Below the pieces are notes generated by a model. The model made no database searches, was not told where the DNA came from, and was given only the letters and a program-made list of their open reading frames with translations. A stretch of 64,000 bases of DNA. Origin: Candidatus Neomicrothrix sp. UBA6944 (GTDB lineage: Bacteria; Actinomycetota; Acidimicrobiia; Acidimicrobiales; Poriferisodalaceae). This document shows, piece by piece, positions 29,362 to 39,068 of the stretch. The stretch's first letter is position 1; each line of letters begins with the position of its first letter. The stretch covers positions 22,179 through 86,178 of the forward strand of contig DJZU01000095.1 in assembly GCA_002448715.1 (NCBI GenBank), written 5' to 3'. Position numbers and translations under genes: made by a program.

Positions 29362-29853
29362 ATGCCCTACGGACCTGAAGCGGAGATGACTCAACCGATG
29401 GATGACGAGAACTCGAAAGCCGACCTAGCAACAGTGCGCGAACAATGGGTTGGTATCGAATTTGACTGGACAACATTTGAGATGTCGGCACCGAGCATGG
29501 TGGCTTGGGCTGAAGCGTGCGGAGAGACGGATCCACGTTTCACTGATCCAAATCATCACGATTTTCAAGCGCACCCGGGATTTACAACCCATTGCATGTC
29601 GGGGAGGGTGTTTCCCAAGGAGTTCCCTCAAATTGGAGGCGGATTCGGTATTGACGGTGGCAAACGTGTAGAGGTCCATGCCCCGATTCGTTCGGGTGAA
29701 ACGTTAACGGCGACCACCACCATCGCCGATATCTTCGAGAAGACTGGCCGAAGCGGAACGATGATCTTCATAGTGCAGCGGATGGAGTTTCGTAATGAGG
29801 CCGACGATCTAGTCTCCACAGTTGACTGGAAAATGATCAAAAAGGCTGAATGA
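29362..29853 (+). CDS. MaoC-like hot-dog fold protein (HadA/ChsH-type partner subunit); start may be 29386 or 29398
   Basis: WAEACGETDP, PIRSGETLT, KTGRSGTMIF. Confidence 0.8.
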   Translation: MPYGPEAEMTQPMDDENSKADLATVREQWVGIEFDWTTFEMSAPSMVAWAEACGETDPRFTDPNHHDFQAHPGFTTHCMSGRVFPKEFPQIGGGFGIDGGKRVEVHAPIRSGETLTATTTIADIFEKTGRSGTMIFIVQRMEFRNEADDLVSTVDWKMIKKAE

Positions 29854-30272
29854 GTGTGACGCAGATAGCGAAATTTGAAGACCTAGAAATCGGAGACGAC
29901 CTGCCTGAAGAGTCGCCGGACGTTTCTATGCCAAAGGTCATGGCGTTTTGTCAGGCCGCGAAACACGTCTTTGAGCGCTTCGTTGACCATGAAGCTGCTC
30001 GAAAAGAAGGATTTCCCGCAGCGATCGTTCCTGGGATTATGAGTCAGGGTTTCCTGGCGTCGATGATTCACCGCTGGGCACCAGGATGCAAGATTTTGGA
30101 AATCGACACCGTCTTTCGAGGTTCACTTCTCGTCGATTCCAAGATCACTATGACCGGAGCAGTTACAGACACCGATGAGGAAGCACTAATAGTAGAACTC
30201 GATCTGGCAATCATCGCCGAAGACGGACGCACCGGGGTAATCGGCACAGCACGAGTGCAATTCGAACGATAA
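29850..30272 (+). CDS. MaoC-like hot-dog fold protein (HadB-like)
   Basis: FEDLEIGDDLP, ARKEGFPAAIVPGIM, GTARV; ATGA-coupled to the upstream hot-dog gene. Confidence 0.8.
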   Translation: MSVTQIAKFEDLEIGDDLPEESPDVSMPKVMAFCQAAKHVFERFVDHEAARKEGFPAAIVPGIMSQGFLASMIHRWAPGCKILEIDTVFRGSLLVDSKITMTGAVTDTDEEALIVELDLAIIAEDGRTGVIGTARVQFER

Positions 30273-30291
30273 GAGAGGAAGAGTTAGAGCA

Positions 30292-30945
30292 ATGGCCCTC
30301 GATTTAAGCGCTGAGGAGGTATTGACCACAACCCGTTCGGTGAGGCGACGTCTCAATTTAGAGAAAGAAGTCAGCCAAGAGGTGCTCAAGGACTGCTTGG
30401 ATATCGCTCTCCAAGCTCCAACTGGTTCCTTAAGGCAAGACTGGCATTTCGTGGTTTCCACCGACAGAGAGCAATGTCGGGAGGTAGGCACTATTTATAA
30501 AGAAGTCTGGACGGCCATGGTTACGGAGGAGTATCTCGATGCCTCTGCTTCGAAGCAAGGAGAGGAGGGTGATCGAGCATCGTGGCTCAACATGATGGGC
30601 TCAGCTCGTCACCTAGCGGAGACCTTTCCCGACGTGCCAGCGATATTCGTTCCGTGTATTACCGGCAGACTTGAAGGAACCGATGCCATGACGCAGGCCG
30701 TTAAGTGGGGTTCAGTGATCCAGGCAGCATGGAGTTTTATGCTTGCCGCCCGAAACCGTGGGCTCGGGACTTGCTGGACGACCGTGCATCTTCAACGAGA
30801 GAAGGAAGTAGCCGACATTCTCGGAATTCCCTTTGCGAGTATCCAACAAGTTGCTCTGAGCCCAGTTGCCTACACATTAGGAACGGACTTCAAGGCCGGT
30901 CGGAGAAAGCCTTCCGCAGATTTCGTCCACTTCAACGGTTGGTGA
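30292..30945 (+). CDS. Nitroreductase family protein
   Basis: TTTRSVRRRL, QAPTGS..QDWHF, FMLAARNRGLGTCW. Confidence 0.92.
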   Translation: MALDLSAEEVLTTTRSVRRRLNLEKEVSQEVLKDCLDIALQAPTGSLRQDWHFVVSTDREQCREVGTIYKEVWTAMVTEEYLDASASKQGEEGDRASWLNMMGSARHLAETFPDVPAIFVPCITGRLEGTDAMTQAVKWGSVIQAAWSFMLAARNRGLGTCWTTVHLQREKEVADILGIPFASIQQVALSPVAYTLGTDFKAGRRKPSADFVHFNGW

Positions 30946-30946
30946 G

Positions 30947-32158
30947 ATGGATCTCTCTAGTAAAGATGCGGACGAAATGCGGCAGTGGGTGAAGGAGCAC
31001 TGGGACCCTTCGGGCGATCTTGTGTCTTGGCGGACACAGTTGGCTGAAAGCGGCTGGGGTGCACCTTCTTGGCCGGAGCAGTGGTTCGGTCGCGGCCTTA
31101 CTGCGGGGAGCGACAAGGTAAGTCGCCAGATCCTCTACGACTCGGGCGCGGTCGGTATGGCCTCCGGTGTGAGCATGTATCTGGTTGCGCCGACCTTGTT
31201 GGAGTGGGCGACAGAGCCGCAACTCCAACGCTTTCTCCTTCCCATTCTGACGGGGAGCCACAAATGGTGTCAGCTATTTAGCGAACCTGGAGCCGGTTCT
31301 GATTTAGCGAGCCTCGCGACACGAGCGGAGCGAGACGGGGACGAATGGGTGATCTCTGGACAAAAGGTCTGGAATTCGGGTGCTCAAAAAGCTGACTACG
31401 GCATTTTGCTTGCGCGCACTGACTTCACCGCCACGAAACACCAGGGAATATCGTTCTTTCTCCTCCCAATGAAGCAGGCTGCCGTCGAAGTGCGTCCCCT
31501 TCACCAGATGAATGGCCACTCCTCTTTTAACGAAGTGTTTTTTGACGAAGCGCGCCTTCCGCATGAAAACCTGATTGCATCGCAGGGAGATGGATGGAGA
31601 GTAGCGCTCACCACTCTCGCTCACGAACGCAGTGCTGTGGCTACGCCCCGCCCAAAGTTCCCTTTGAGCACTAGCCCTTTAGTCATGGCAGCGAAGACGG
31701 AAGCCGACGAGTACTTCGCCACCTATAGCTGGTATCCGCAACGTGCTGGCCGACCGCGCCTAGTGGAGCCGCAGGCGCGGCTTCTCGGTAAATCACAGAT
31801 TCCCCGTGTGCGCCAGCTCGTCGCGGAAGTAGAAACGCTGCAACGAACTTCCCGGTGGACTACACAACGTGCTGGCGCAGCCCGATCGGCTGGGCGAGCA
31901 CCAGGCCCAGAAGGATCTGTTGCGAAGCTAAACATGAGCATGACAGCCATGAAGAGTGCCGCTGCACATGCCGCGATTTTGGAAACGACCGGGGTCCTAA
32001 GCGGGAGTAGCGTTTCGCCCCATGAGGTCCTCGCTGAGGTCCTAATCTCAACACCTGCTCAATCGATCGCGGGCGGTACCGACGAAATTCAGAAGAACAT
32101 CCTCGCTGAAAGGGTGCTAGGTCTACCCAAAGAACCTCGCCCTGGGGACAAAGAATAA
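30947..32158 (+). CDS. Acyl-CoA dehydrogenase family protein
   Basis: CQLFSEPGAGSDLAS, GQKVWNS, FNEVFF, LAHER, IAGGTDEIQKNI. Confidence 0.93.
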   Translation: MDLSSKDADEMRQWVKEHWDPSGDLVSWRTQLAESGWGAPSWPEQWFGRGLTAGSDKVSRQILYDSGAVGMASGVSMYLVAPTLLEWATEPQLQRFLLPILTGSHKWCQLFSEPGAGSDLASLATRAERDGDEWVISGQKVWNSGAQKADYGILLARTDFTATKHQGISFFLLPMKQAAVEVRPLHQMNGHSSFNEVFFDEARLPHENLIASQGDGWRVALTTLAHERSAVATPRPKFPLSTSPLVMAAKTEADEYFATYSWYPQRAGRPRLVEPQARLLGKSQIPRVRQLVAEVETLQRTSRWTTQRAGAARSAGRAPGPEGSVAKLNMSMTAMKSAAAHAAILETTGVLSGSSVSPHEVLAEVLISTPAQSIAGGTDEIQKNILAERVLGLPKEPRPGDKE

Positions 32159-32201
32159 GATAAGAGCACGCCAGATTAAATCGAGGACTGACAGGACCGC
32201 T

Positions 32202-32648
32202 ATGGCTTCGCAATCGCTCTCATCCAACGTGAACTGGATCCAGTTCCCGGGTTTCGCCGGTTTGTATTACAACGTTTTAGACGTTGATCCGGAGGATCAC
32301 TTTGTTCAACTTCTCATGAAGTTTGAACCCGGAGTTCAGTGCGTCCCACATCGCCATATCGGTCCCGTCCAGACATTAGTCCTGGAAGGGGAGCACCTGA
32401 TTTTTGAAGTGGACGACCCCGCAAAACTCATCGATCGCCGCGCCGCCGGTACCTATTCCTCCCACAACGGCGACGAAGCCCACATTGAGGGAGGCGGCGA
32501 TGATGGAGCCGTTGTTTTGCTGTCTATGGAAGCAAAGAACGGCCAAATCTGGGAGACGTACGACACCGAGCTGAAAGTCGAGCGGGTATCTGTACCTGAC
32601 GATTTCAGACGCGGTCTACGAAAACAGTCAGCTAAGGATTCAATATAG
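32202..32648 (+). CDS. Cupin-fold protein (ChrR/dihydroxyacetophenone dioxygenase-like)
   Basis: PHRHIG..VLEGEH, GTY..H cupin pattern. Confidence 0.75.
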   Translation: MASQSLSSNVNWIQFPGFAGLYYNVLDVDPEDHFVQLLMKFEPGVQCVPHRHIGPVQTLVLEGEHLIFEVDDPAKLIDRRAAGTYSSHNGDEAHIEGGGDDGAVVLLSMEAKNGQIWETYDTELKVERVSVPDDFRRGLRKQSAKDSI

Positions 32649-33536
32649 ATGACGACTGCTGATCGAGTTTTGGTGCGACGCTTCGCGCGGGCTGCCGAAC
32701 CGCTTCATTCTTGCAGCTACTACGCAGACGAAATCACTCAGTTCGACCGGGTCGGCTACAGCGGCTGGTGGCACGCATACTTTGCCTATCGATCCGCGCC
32801 ACTGGGCCCGGCCTCATCCGCGGAAGTAACAGAGGTGTTCTACAACTTCGCTCCCAGAATGGTGGCGCGAGCGGTACCTGGCTGTTGGGACATTCTTAAC
32901 CCCCGGCAGACAAGAACTATGCATCTTGAACTCGTTGAGGCAGCACTCTCCCGAATCTTCAATGAATACAATTTCATCGCACCTTTAGATCCACTCGTGG
33001 ATTCTTTGAGAACCGGACTCACCGGACTCAACTCAGAAGATAGACCTCTCTTCGGTGCATGGGCAGACGAATCATGGCCTCAGAGCTCCTTATTAGGGTT
33101 GTGGCATGCGAGCACACTATTAAGGGAGTACCGCTTCGACGCACACAATCTGGCACTGCGAAACGCCGGTATTTCAGGATTAGGGAGCCATCTGCTTATG
33201 GCTGCAGATGGAAGAGGAACCCCTCAAGTAATCCAAAAGATCCGAGGCTGGACACAACAGGAATGGGACAGTGAAGCCTCTCTACTACATGAGCGAGGGT
33301 GGCTGGACTCAACGATGGGTTATACCGAGCTTGGACGCACCGAACGCAAGCTAATAGAAAGTGAAACAGACAACGGGTGTCTGGAACTTTGCTCGGCATT
33401 GGATAAATCAACGCTGACAAACGCACTCAGCGTCCTCGAAGCGATCGCACAATATCTGATCGAATTCGACGTGGTGCCGGGCCGCTGGCCGCCAGCGCAT
33501 TTAGGTAAGTTAGATCCCTCCACGAACCAAGATTGA
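32649..33536 (+). CDS. SCO6745/SalK-like actinobacterial conserved protein
   Basis: EPLH, YFAYRSAPLG, FYNFAP, LWHASTLLREYR, RGWTQQEW..L..RGWL. Confidence 0.75.
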   Translation: MTTADRVLVRRFARAAEPLHSCSYYADEITQFDRVGYSGWWHAYFAYRSAPLGPASSAEVTEVFYNFAPRMVARAVPGCWDILNPRQTRTMHLELVEAALSRIFNEYNFIAPLDPLVDSLRTGLTGLNSEDRPLFGAWADESWPQSSLLGLWHASTLLREYRFDAHNLALRNAGISGLGSHLLMAADGRGTPQVIQKIRGWTQQEWDSEASLLHERGWLDSTMGYTELGRTERKLIESETDNGCLELCSALDKSTLTNALSVLEAIAQYLIEFDVVPGRWPPAHLGKLDPSTNQD

Positions 33537-33568
33537 CGGTAAATTAGGTTCAGTTTTCGAGACGAGCG

Positions 33569-35287
33569 GTGACCGACTTGACCCAAAATTCACTCACCCC
33601 AAGTGAGGCAGGAGATCCAGAGCGCTCCGATTTCGTGCGGGAACTAGTGTCAGAGGATCTTGACAACGGCCGCTTCAGTCGAGGCATCCAAACAAGATTT
33701 CCCCCTGAACCCAACGGTTATCTACACATTGGCCATGCAAAGGCGATCGTCCTCAACTTCTCGATCGCGCGTGAGAACGGCGGCGTATGCGTGTTGCGAT
33801 TCGACGATACCAACCCCGCCACCGAAGACCAGCGTTACGTGGATGCAATCGTCGAAGATATCGAATGGCTGGGTTACACCCCAAATTCGATTAATTACTC
33901 TTCGGATTACTTCCCGCAGCTTTACGAATGGGCCGAGATGCTGATCTCAAAAGGCCTCGCCTACGTCGATGATCAATCCGCTGAAGAAATAGCAGAACAA
34001 CGCGGAGGATTTGGGCGACCGGGCATTGAAAGCCCTTATAGAGACAGAAAACCCGGCGAAAATCTCAAATTGTTTCGGGAAATGAAGGACGGGGTACACC
34101 CCGAAGGATCATGTGTTCTTCGCGCAAAGATCGACATGCAGCACGAAAATATGCAGCTCAGGGACCCGGTGATGTACAGGATTCGAGACCAACATCACTA
34201 TCGGACCCGAGACACATGGAAGATTTACCCAAGCTACGACTGGGCACATGGTCAGGGTGACGCCCTCGAGGGGGTCACCCATTCGCTGTGCAGTCTTGAA
34301 TTTTCCGACAACCGGGCACTATACGAGTGGTACTTACGGCAACTTCCGTTGGAGGGCGAAGCGCCATACCAGACGGAGTTTGCCCGGCTAGAACTCACTT
34401 ACACCGTTACATCCAAACGACGATTGAAAGAGCTTGTCGATGACGGACACGTCGCTGGGTGGGACGACCCTCGCCTCCCAACGTTGCGAGCTCTTAGGCG
34501 CCGCGGATACCCGGCGAGCGCAATCCGTGAATTCTGCGCGTTTGTTGGTGTATCTCGAACTAATTCACGCCACGACATCGAACTGCTTGAGTCATTCGTG
34601 CGCACTGAACTCAACCGGACGGCTCAACGCCGAATGGCCGTCTTGCGTCCTCTGAAACTAGTCATAACCAACTGGCCCGACGATGAGAACGGCAAACCAG
34701 TGGTCGAACACCGGACTCTGGCCAACAATCCCGAAAACCATGACGACGGAACGCGGAAAGTACCGTTTAGCCGCGACTTGTGGATAGAACAGGACGACTT
34801 TCGCATGGAGCCGCCACCTAAATACTTCAGGCTCTCGCCGGGTACCGAAGTGCGACTTCGAGGCGGCTATCTAGTGACCTGCACTGAAGCCATATGCGAC
34901 GAAGCAGGAAACCCTCTTGAAGTTCACTGCACATACGACCCTGCGACCGCAGGAGGCTCAGCGCCAGATGGACGCAAAGTCAAATCGACGATCCATTGGG
35001 TGGACGCAAGCAACGCGGTAGATGGCTCAGTAGCGCTTTATGAGCGTCTATTTAAAGAAAAGGTTCCCGGCGAAACAACAGGCGACCCACTAGATGATCT
35101 TGACCCAAATTCGCTCGAGATACTTCAGGGATGCAAGTTCGAACAATCATTATCGGGTGTGGCCCCCAGCGAAGTTGTTCAGTTCGAGCGTCTTGGCTAC
35201 TTCGCCGCGGACTCCGAGGCACATGGCCATTTTCATCGTACAGTCGGACTACGCGACGAGTGGGCCCGACTCCAGAAACAAAAGTAA
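33569..35287 (+). CDS. glnS: Glutamine--tRNA ligase
   Basis: TRFPPEPNGYLHIGH, RFDDTNP, YPSYDWAH, THSLCSLEF, VTSKR, GWDDPRLPT, STIHWV, QFERLGYF. Confidence 0.96.
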   Translation: MTDLTQNSLTPSEAGDPERSDFVRELVSEDLDNGRFSRGIQTRFPPEPNGYLHIGHAKAIVLNFSIARENGGVCVLRFDDTNPATEDQRYVDAIVEDIEWLGYTPNSINYSSDYFPQLYEWAEMLISKGLAYVDDQSAEEIAEQRGGFGRPGIESPYRDRKPGENLKLFREMKDGVHPEGSCVLRAKIDMQHENMQLRDPVMYRIRDQHHYRTRDTWKIYPSYDWAHGQGDALEGVTHSLCSLEFSDNRALYEWYLRQLPLEGEAPYQTEFARLELTYTVTSKRRLKELVDDGHVAGWDDPRLPTLRALRRRGYPASAIREFCAFVGVSRTNSRHDIELLESFVRTELNRTAQRRMAVLRPLKLVITNWPDDENGKPVVEHRTLANNPENHDDGTRKVPFSRDLWIEQDDFRMEPPPKYFRLSPGTEVRLRGGYLVTCTEAICDEAGNPLEVHCTYDPATAGGSAPDGRKVKSTIHWVDASNAVDGSVALYERLFKEKVPGETTGDPLDDLDPNSLEILQGCKFEQSLSGVAPSEVVQFERLGYFAADSEAHGHFHRTVGLRDEWARLQKQK

Positions 35288-35297
35288 GGGGAGCATT

Positions 35298-36053
35298 GTG
35301 GCCACTGACAGCCATGAAAACGTGGCGATCATTACTGGTGGTGGAACCGGTGTGGGGGCCGCCACGGCATCCGCACTGAATAAGCGCGGTTGGTTGATTG
35401 TCCTGTGTGGGAGACGAACGGAGCCACTGGAAGAGGTTTCGCAAAGTATCGGCGAGGGAGTTCAACCTGTTGTGGCGGACGTGTCGGATCCACACGACGT
35501 CGAACACTTATTTGGTTCCGCCGTCGAGGCCTACGGGCGAGTTGATCTTCTGTTCAACAACGCTGGGATTGGTGCGCCTCCGGTTCCCATCGAGGAACAA
35601 TCTGTAGAGCAATGGCGCTCTGTCGTTGACATCAACCTGACTGGGTCTTGGTTGTGTGCACGTGCGGCCTTTAAGCAGATGAAGGCCCAGACGCCGCACG
35701 GCGGCAGGATAATCAATAACGGGTCAGTGTCAGCTCAGACTCCTCGCCCATTCTCCACGCCGTACACCGCCACTAAGCACGCCGTCACAGGGTTAACCAA
35801 AGCTCTTTCTCTGGAGGGCCGTGATTTAGGCATAACCGTCGGACAGATCGATATAGGCAACGCTGCGACACCACTCACAGCGCGGATGAGTTCGGGCGTA
35901 CTACAAGCCAATGGAGAAACTACTGCCGAGGCAACTATGAAAGTCGAAGACGTAGGAGAAGCCGTTGCCCTCATGGCCGAGCTGCCTGCAGATGCCAATA
36001 TTTTGCAAATGACGATAATGGCGAACGGGATGCCTCTGGTTGGTCGGGGCTAG
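35298..36053 (+). CDS. SDR oxidoreductase
   Basis: TGGGTGVG, NNAG, YTATK; GGGGAG RBS before GTG 35298. Confidence 0.92.
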   Translation: MATDSHENVAIITGGGTGVGAATASALNKRGWLIVLCGRRTEPLEEVSQSIGEGVQPVVADVSDPHDVEHLFGSAVEAYGRVDLLFNNAGIGAPPVPIEEQSVEQWRSVVDINLTGSWLCARAAFKQMKAQTPHGGRIINNGSVSAQTPRPFSTPYTATKHAVTGLTKALSLEGRDLGITVGQIDIGNAATPLTARMSSGVLQANGETTAEATMKVEDVGEAVALMAELPADANILQMTIMANGMPLVGRG

Positions 36054-36065
36054 AGTGCCCGGCGC

Positions 36066-36350
36066 TCACCCTTCGATTATGTATAGCGACCCTGTGCTGG
36101 CCTCTTGACGTAAGGGGCGAGCAGCCGAGTATTCGACACTGTTGTACCAAGCCTTCGCCGCTTCCATTGAGGGAAAACGAATAATGACGTTTCGCGTCGG
36201 CGGCTCTTTGCCTTCCATGGTGATCCAGTCTCCGCCTCTAACCAGATAGGATCCCCCGTGCCGCTCTACCGAGTCTGCGGCAAGAGGCTTGTACTGCTCG
36301 TATAGGTGTGCGTCAGCAACCTCCCCTTGGAACACTACATATGCAGTCAT
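36066..36350 (-). CDS. DUF1330 family protein
   Basis: MTAYVV..Y..Y..HGGSYLVRGG..EG..FPSMEAAKAWYNS.EY; GGAGG RBS. Confidence 0.9.
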   Translation of the reverse strand: MTAYVVFQGEVADAHLYEQYKPLAADSVERHGGSYLVRGGDWITMEGKEPPTRNVIIRFPSMEAAKAWYNSVEYSAARPLRQEASTGSLYIIEG

Positions 36351-36372
36351 GTGAACCTCCTCGGTCAACGGC

Positions 36373-37182
36373 TTAGCGGTCGAGGGAACCAGTGATCGAC
36401 GATATTGCAAAAGATTGGGTCGCTACCGCCAATAAGGTTCCAGTTCGAGAGAAAATTTCTACGCTTCCATGCCCGATGCTGTTTTCAATAGCAGCTGATC
36501 GAATACAGAGAAGCACCCAGCTGCTTTGTTCCTGGCTTAGTAGTCGCACTGAGTGGTCCAGACTCGAGCCGCGAAAGCCCTTGTCAAGGCTTACCCTCAT
36601 ACCGCTGGGCAGTAGGTCGGCGAGAGCAATCAATCCTTGTGTTGAGGACGCCAGAGTGTCATCAAGTCGAGCCCAGTAGTAGACGTCCTTCTCCCCAGGC
36701 TTTTGCCAAGCTAAACGAATGTCGGCAAAGTCATTGAACGATCTACCACTCTCCGAAGTAGCGCCACGGCTACTGCACTGCTCCGGTTCAGGCACCTCGG
36801 GTGGAGTCGACCACTGTCGGTCGACCTCAAGATCGTGACCGCCTAAAGCAGCTGCAGCACGAAACACTGTGAGCTCGCCATGGCGGCAGGTGACTGCCGC
36901 TTGTGTGATTCTGTTCCCTACTGCGAGTTCCCTTACTTCAATATCAACTTCAGCACCAACCGACGCTCTGGCCAGAAACTGCCCGGATATATATGCCAGT
37001 CGTCGTCCTGTAGTTCTCTCGAGAGCACCCGCGGCAGCAGCGAGACCGCAACCGCCATGGAGCGTGCCGGTAGCGCCAGCGACTTCATCAGTTACCTTGA
37101 GCTTCCAGGCGCCCGGCTCGACCCCTTGATCCAAGGGAGCAATTTGGTTCACTTCGGCGCCTTCTTGCGCAGTCGAACTCAC
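36373..37182 (-). CDS. Acyl-CoA thioesterase-like double hot-dog protein
   Basis: LHGG, ALADLLP, SSLDHSVR, GTLLAVATQS. Confidence 0.8.
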   Translation of the reverse strand: MSSTAQEGAEVNQIAPLDQGVEPGAWKLKVTDEVAGATGTLHGGCGLAAAAGALERTTGRRLAYISGQFLARASVGAEVDIEVRELAVGNRITQAAVTCRHGELTVFRAAAALGGHDLEVDRQWSTPPEVPEPEQCSSRGATSESGRSFNDFADIRLAWQKPGEKDVYYWARLDDTLASSTQGLIALADLLPSGMRVSLDKGFRGSSLDHSVRLLSQEQSSWVLLCIRSAAIENSIGHGSVEIFSRTGTLLAVATQSFAISSITGSLDR

Positions 37183-37240
37183 TAGATGCCGGGGTGGGTT
37201 TCAAGTCTCACAGTTAGTAGTGCGATAAACATCTCGACAC

Positions 37241-37810
37241 TTACTTCACCCACGGACCGCTTTGTCCACTTTCGTAGTGGTCAGGTCGTATACCGAATGC
37301 TTCAATCATCCGTTGCCAACCGCTCCCGACCGCAAGAAGCGCCCCAAGGCGAAGAATCTCAACTTCCGAAAAATGTTCACGTAAACGTGCGTGAAGTTCG
37401 GCGGGTATTGGGCCCTTAGGGGAACCCGATAGGTGCTCACTGAACTGCACAGCGGCCTTCCAAGCTTCAGGTAAGTCAGAATTTTCATAATCTGAGAGCT
37501 GAGCGACTACCTCATCTGTGAGACCAGAGCGCACCAACGATGCGCTTTTAACCATGCTTCAATGGAAACATTCGTTCACATTTGCCATTCGAATTCGACA
37601 GAGTTCAATCATTTGGCGATCAAGCCCTGACTCGCCGCCGTACATAAGGCCGACCCAACCAAGGAACATTTCTAAGGTCAGGTCATCATTAGCCAGCGTA
37701 CGAAAGAGGTTGTCGTCTTTGTAGGCCTTCGCATACCAGGTCTCAAGCCGCGCTCGCTGGTCGTCGCTTAAATTGTCAAGTTTGGGTAGGTGCCCTAGTT
37801 GATTAGCCAA
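37241..37810 (-). CDS. AhpD/carboxymuconolactone decarboxylase-like selenoprotein, 189 aa, CxxU motif (Sec at codon 84, TGA 37561..37559)
   Basis: ORFs 37559..37810 and 37241..37555 are in frame across one TGA: ELCRIRMANVNECFH-U-SMVK, i.e. E-x11-C-x-x-U. C-terminal LREHFSEVEILRL CMD-family motif. TTG start has a GGAG RBS. Hairpin downstream of the UGA. Confidence 0.85.
37528..37546 (-). promoter_or_regulatory. Candidate SECIS element of the AhpD-like gene
   Basis: mRNA UGA AGC AUG GUU AAA AGCGCAUC-GUU-GGUGCGCU: an 8-bp stem (one G.U) starting 12 nt after the UGA, with G at the start of the loop. Confidence 0.68.
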
Positions 37811-37966
37811 TTCTGTCTCCGAAGGCGCAATAGCTACTTATCCGGCCTCGCAGTTCGCCCAGAAGCGTCCCCGATCACCCGCCTAACTGCATCTTAGAAC
37901 GTACTGGGCAGGCACGTGATGCGCGAGCGCTCTAATCTTGCGACAACGTCTCCTTAAGGAATGCAG

Positions 37967-39055
37967 ATGAAAGCCGCAGTTTTATGTGAACAGCCTGGCG
38001 AATTGGTGATTGAAGATCTCAATATTGACTCGCCCGGGCCCCAAGAGGTCTTGATTCAGACCGTCGGCGCCGGCCTATGTCACTCAGATTTGCACTTTAT
38101 GGAGGGGCTCTTTCGAACGAAGGTTCCGGCTGTCATGGGACATGAATCCGCTGGAATCGTCCAGGCGGTGGGCACAGACGTTAGGTACGTCGAGCCTGGT
38201 GATCATGTAGTTGCTTGCTTGTCCATATTCTGCGGTCAGTGCAGGCAATGCCTCTCAGGTAATCCGCATCGCTGCAGCAACGGACGGGCCACATCCCGTA
38301 ACCGAGACGACTCCCCCAGGCTGCAACGCTCAGATGGCACACCCGTCGACCAGATGGCGCGTCTGGGCGGCTTCGCTGAGGAGATGCTGGTCCACCAAAA
38401 CGGCGTCGTTAAAGTAACCCCGGATATTCCATTAGAAAAAGCATGTCTTATAGGTTGCGGCGTTACTACCGGATTTGGCGCCGCAGTGAGGACTGCCGCA
38501 GTTCCGGTTGGCGCCACGGTCTGTGTTATCGGATGTGGCGGCATTGGATTATCCGCGATTCAAGGTGCTCGAGTAGCCGGAGCCGGTCGCATTATCGCCG
38601 TAGACATGAGCGGGCCGAAGCTCGAAACAGCCCGTTTAATGGGGGCGACGGACACGATAAACGCTGGGGAAGTTGAGGATGTGGTCGGCGCTGTGCGCGA
38701 CCTCACTAAAGGTGGCGTCGAATACAGCTTCGAAGCAATTGGATTGAAGGCCACAGCAGAGCAAGCCTTCGAGATGCTTGATGTTGGAGGGACCGCAACT
38801 GTGATTGGCATGGTCCCTTCAAGCACCAAACTGGAAATCAGAGGAATAGAACTGTTAAGTGAGAAAAAGCTTCAAGGGTCAATGATGGGATCCAATCAGT
38901 TTCGAACTGATATCCCCCAAATGATCGACCTCTATTTGGGTGGTCGCTTACTTCTTGACGAAATGGTGTCAGCCACCATCCCGTTAGAGGAAGTTAACGA
39001 AGGGTACGCCTGGATGAAGGAGGGCACGGTCGCTCGAACAGTGGTTACGTTCTAA
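37967..39055 (+). CDS. Zn-dependent alcohol dehydrogenase (class III/formaldehyde dehydrogenase-like)
   Basis: GLCHSD, GHE, CGQCRQC..C, GCGVTTGFGA, GCGGIG. Confidence 0.92.
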   Translation: MKAAVLCEQPGELVIEDLNIDSPGPQEVLIQTVGAGLCHSDLHFMEGLFRTKVPAVMGHESAGIVQAVGTDVRYVEPGDHVVACLSIFCGQCRQCLSGNPHRCSNGRATSRNRDDSPRLQRSDGTPVDQMARLGGFAEEMLVHQNGVVKVTPDIPLEKACLIGCGVTTGFGAAVRTAAVPVGATVCVIGCGGIGLSAIQGARVAGAGRIIAVDMSGPKLETARLMGATDTINAGEVEDVVGAVRDLTKGGVEYSFEAIGLKATAEQAFEMLDVGGTATVIGMVPSSTKLEIRGIELLSEKKLQGSMMGSNQFRTDIPQMIDLYLGGRLLLDEMVSATIPLEEVNEGYAWMKEGTVARTVVTF

Positions 39056-39068
39056 AACAGAAGCACGC

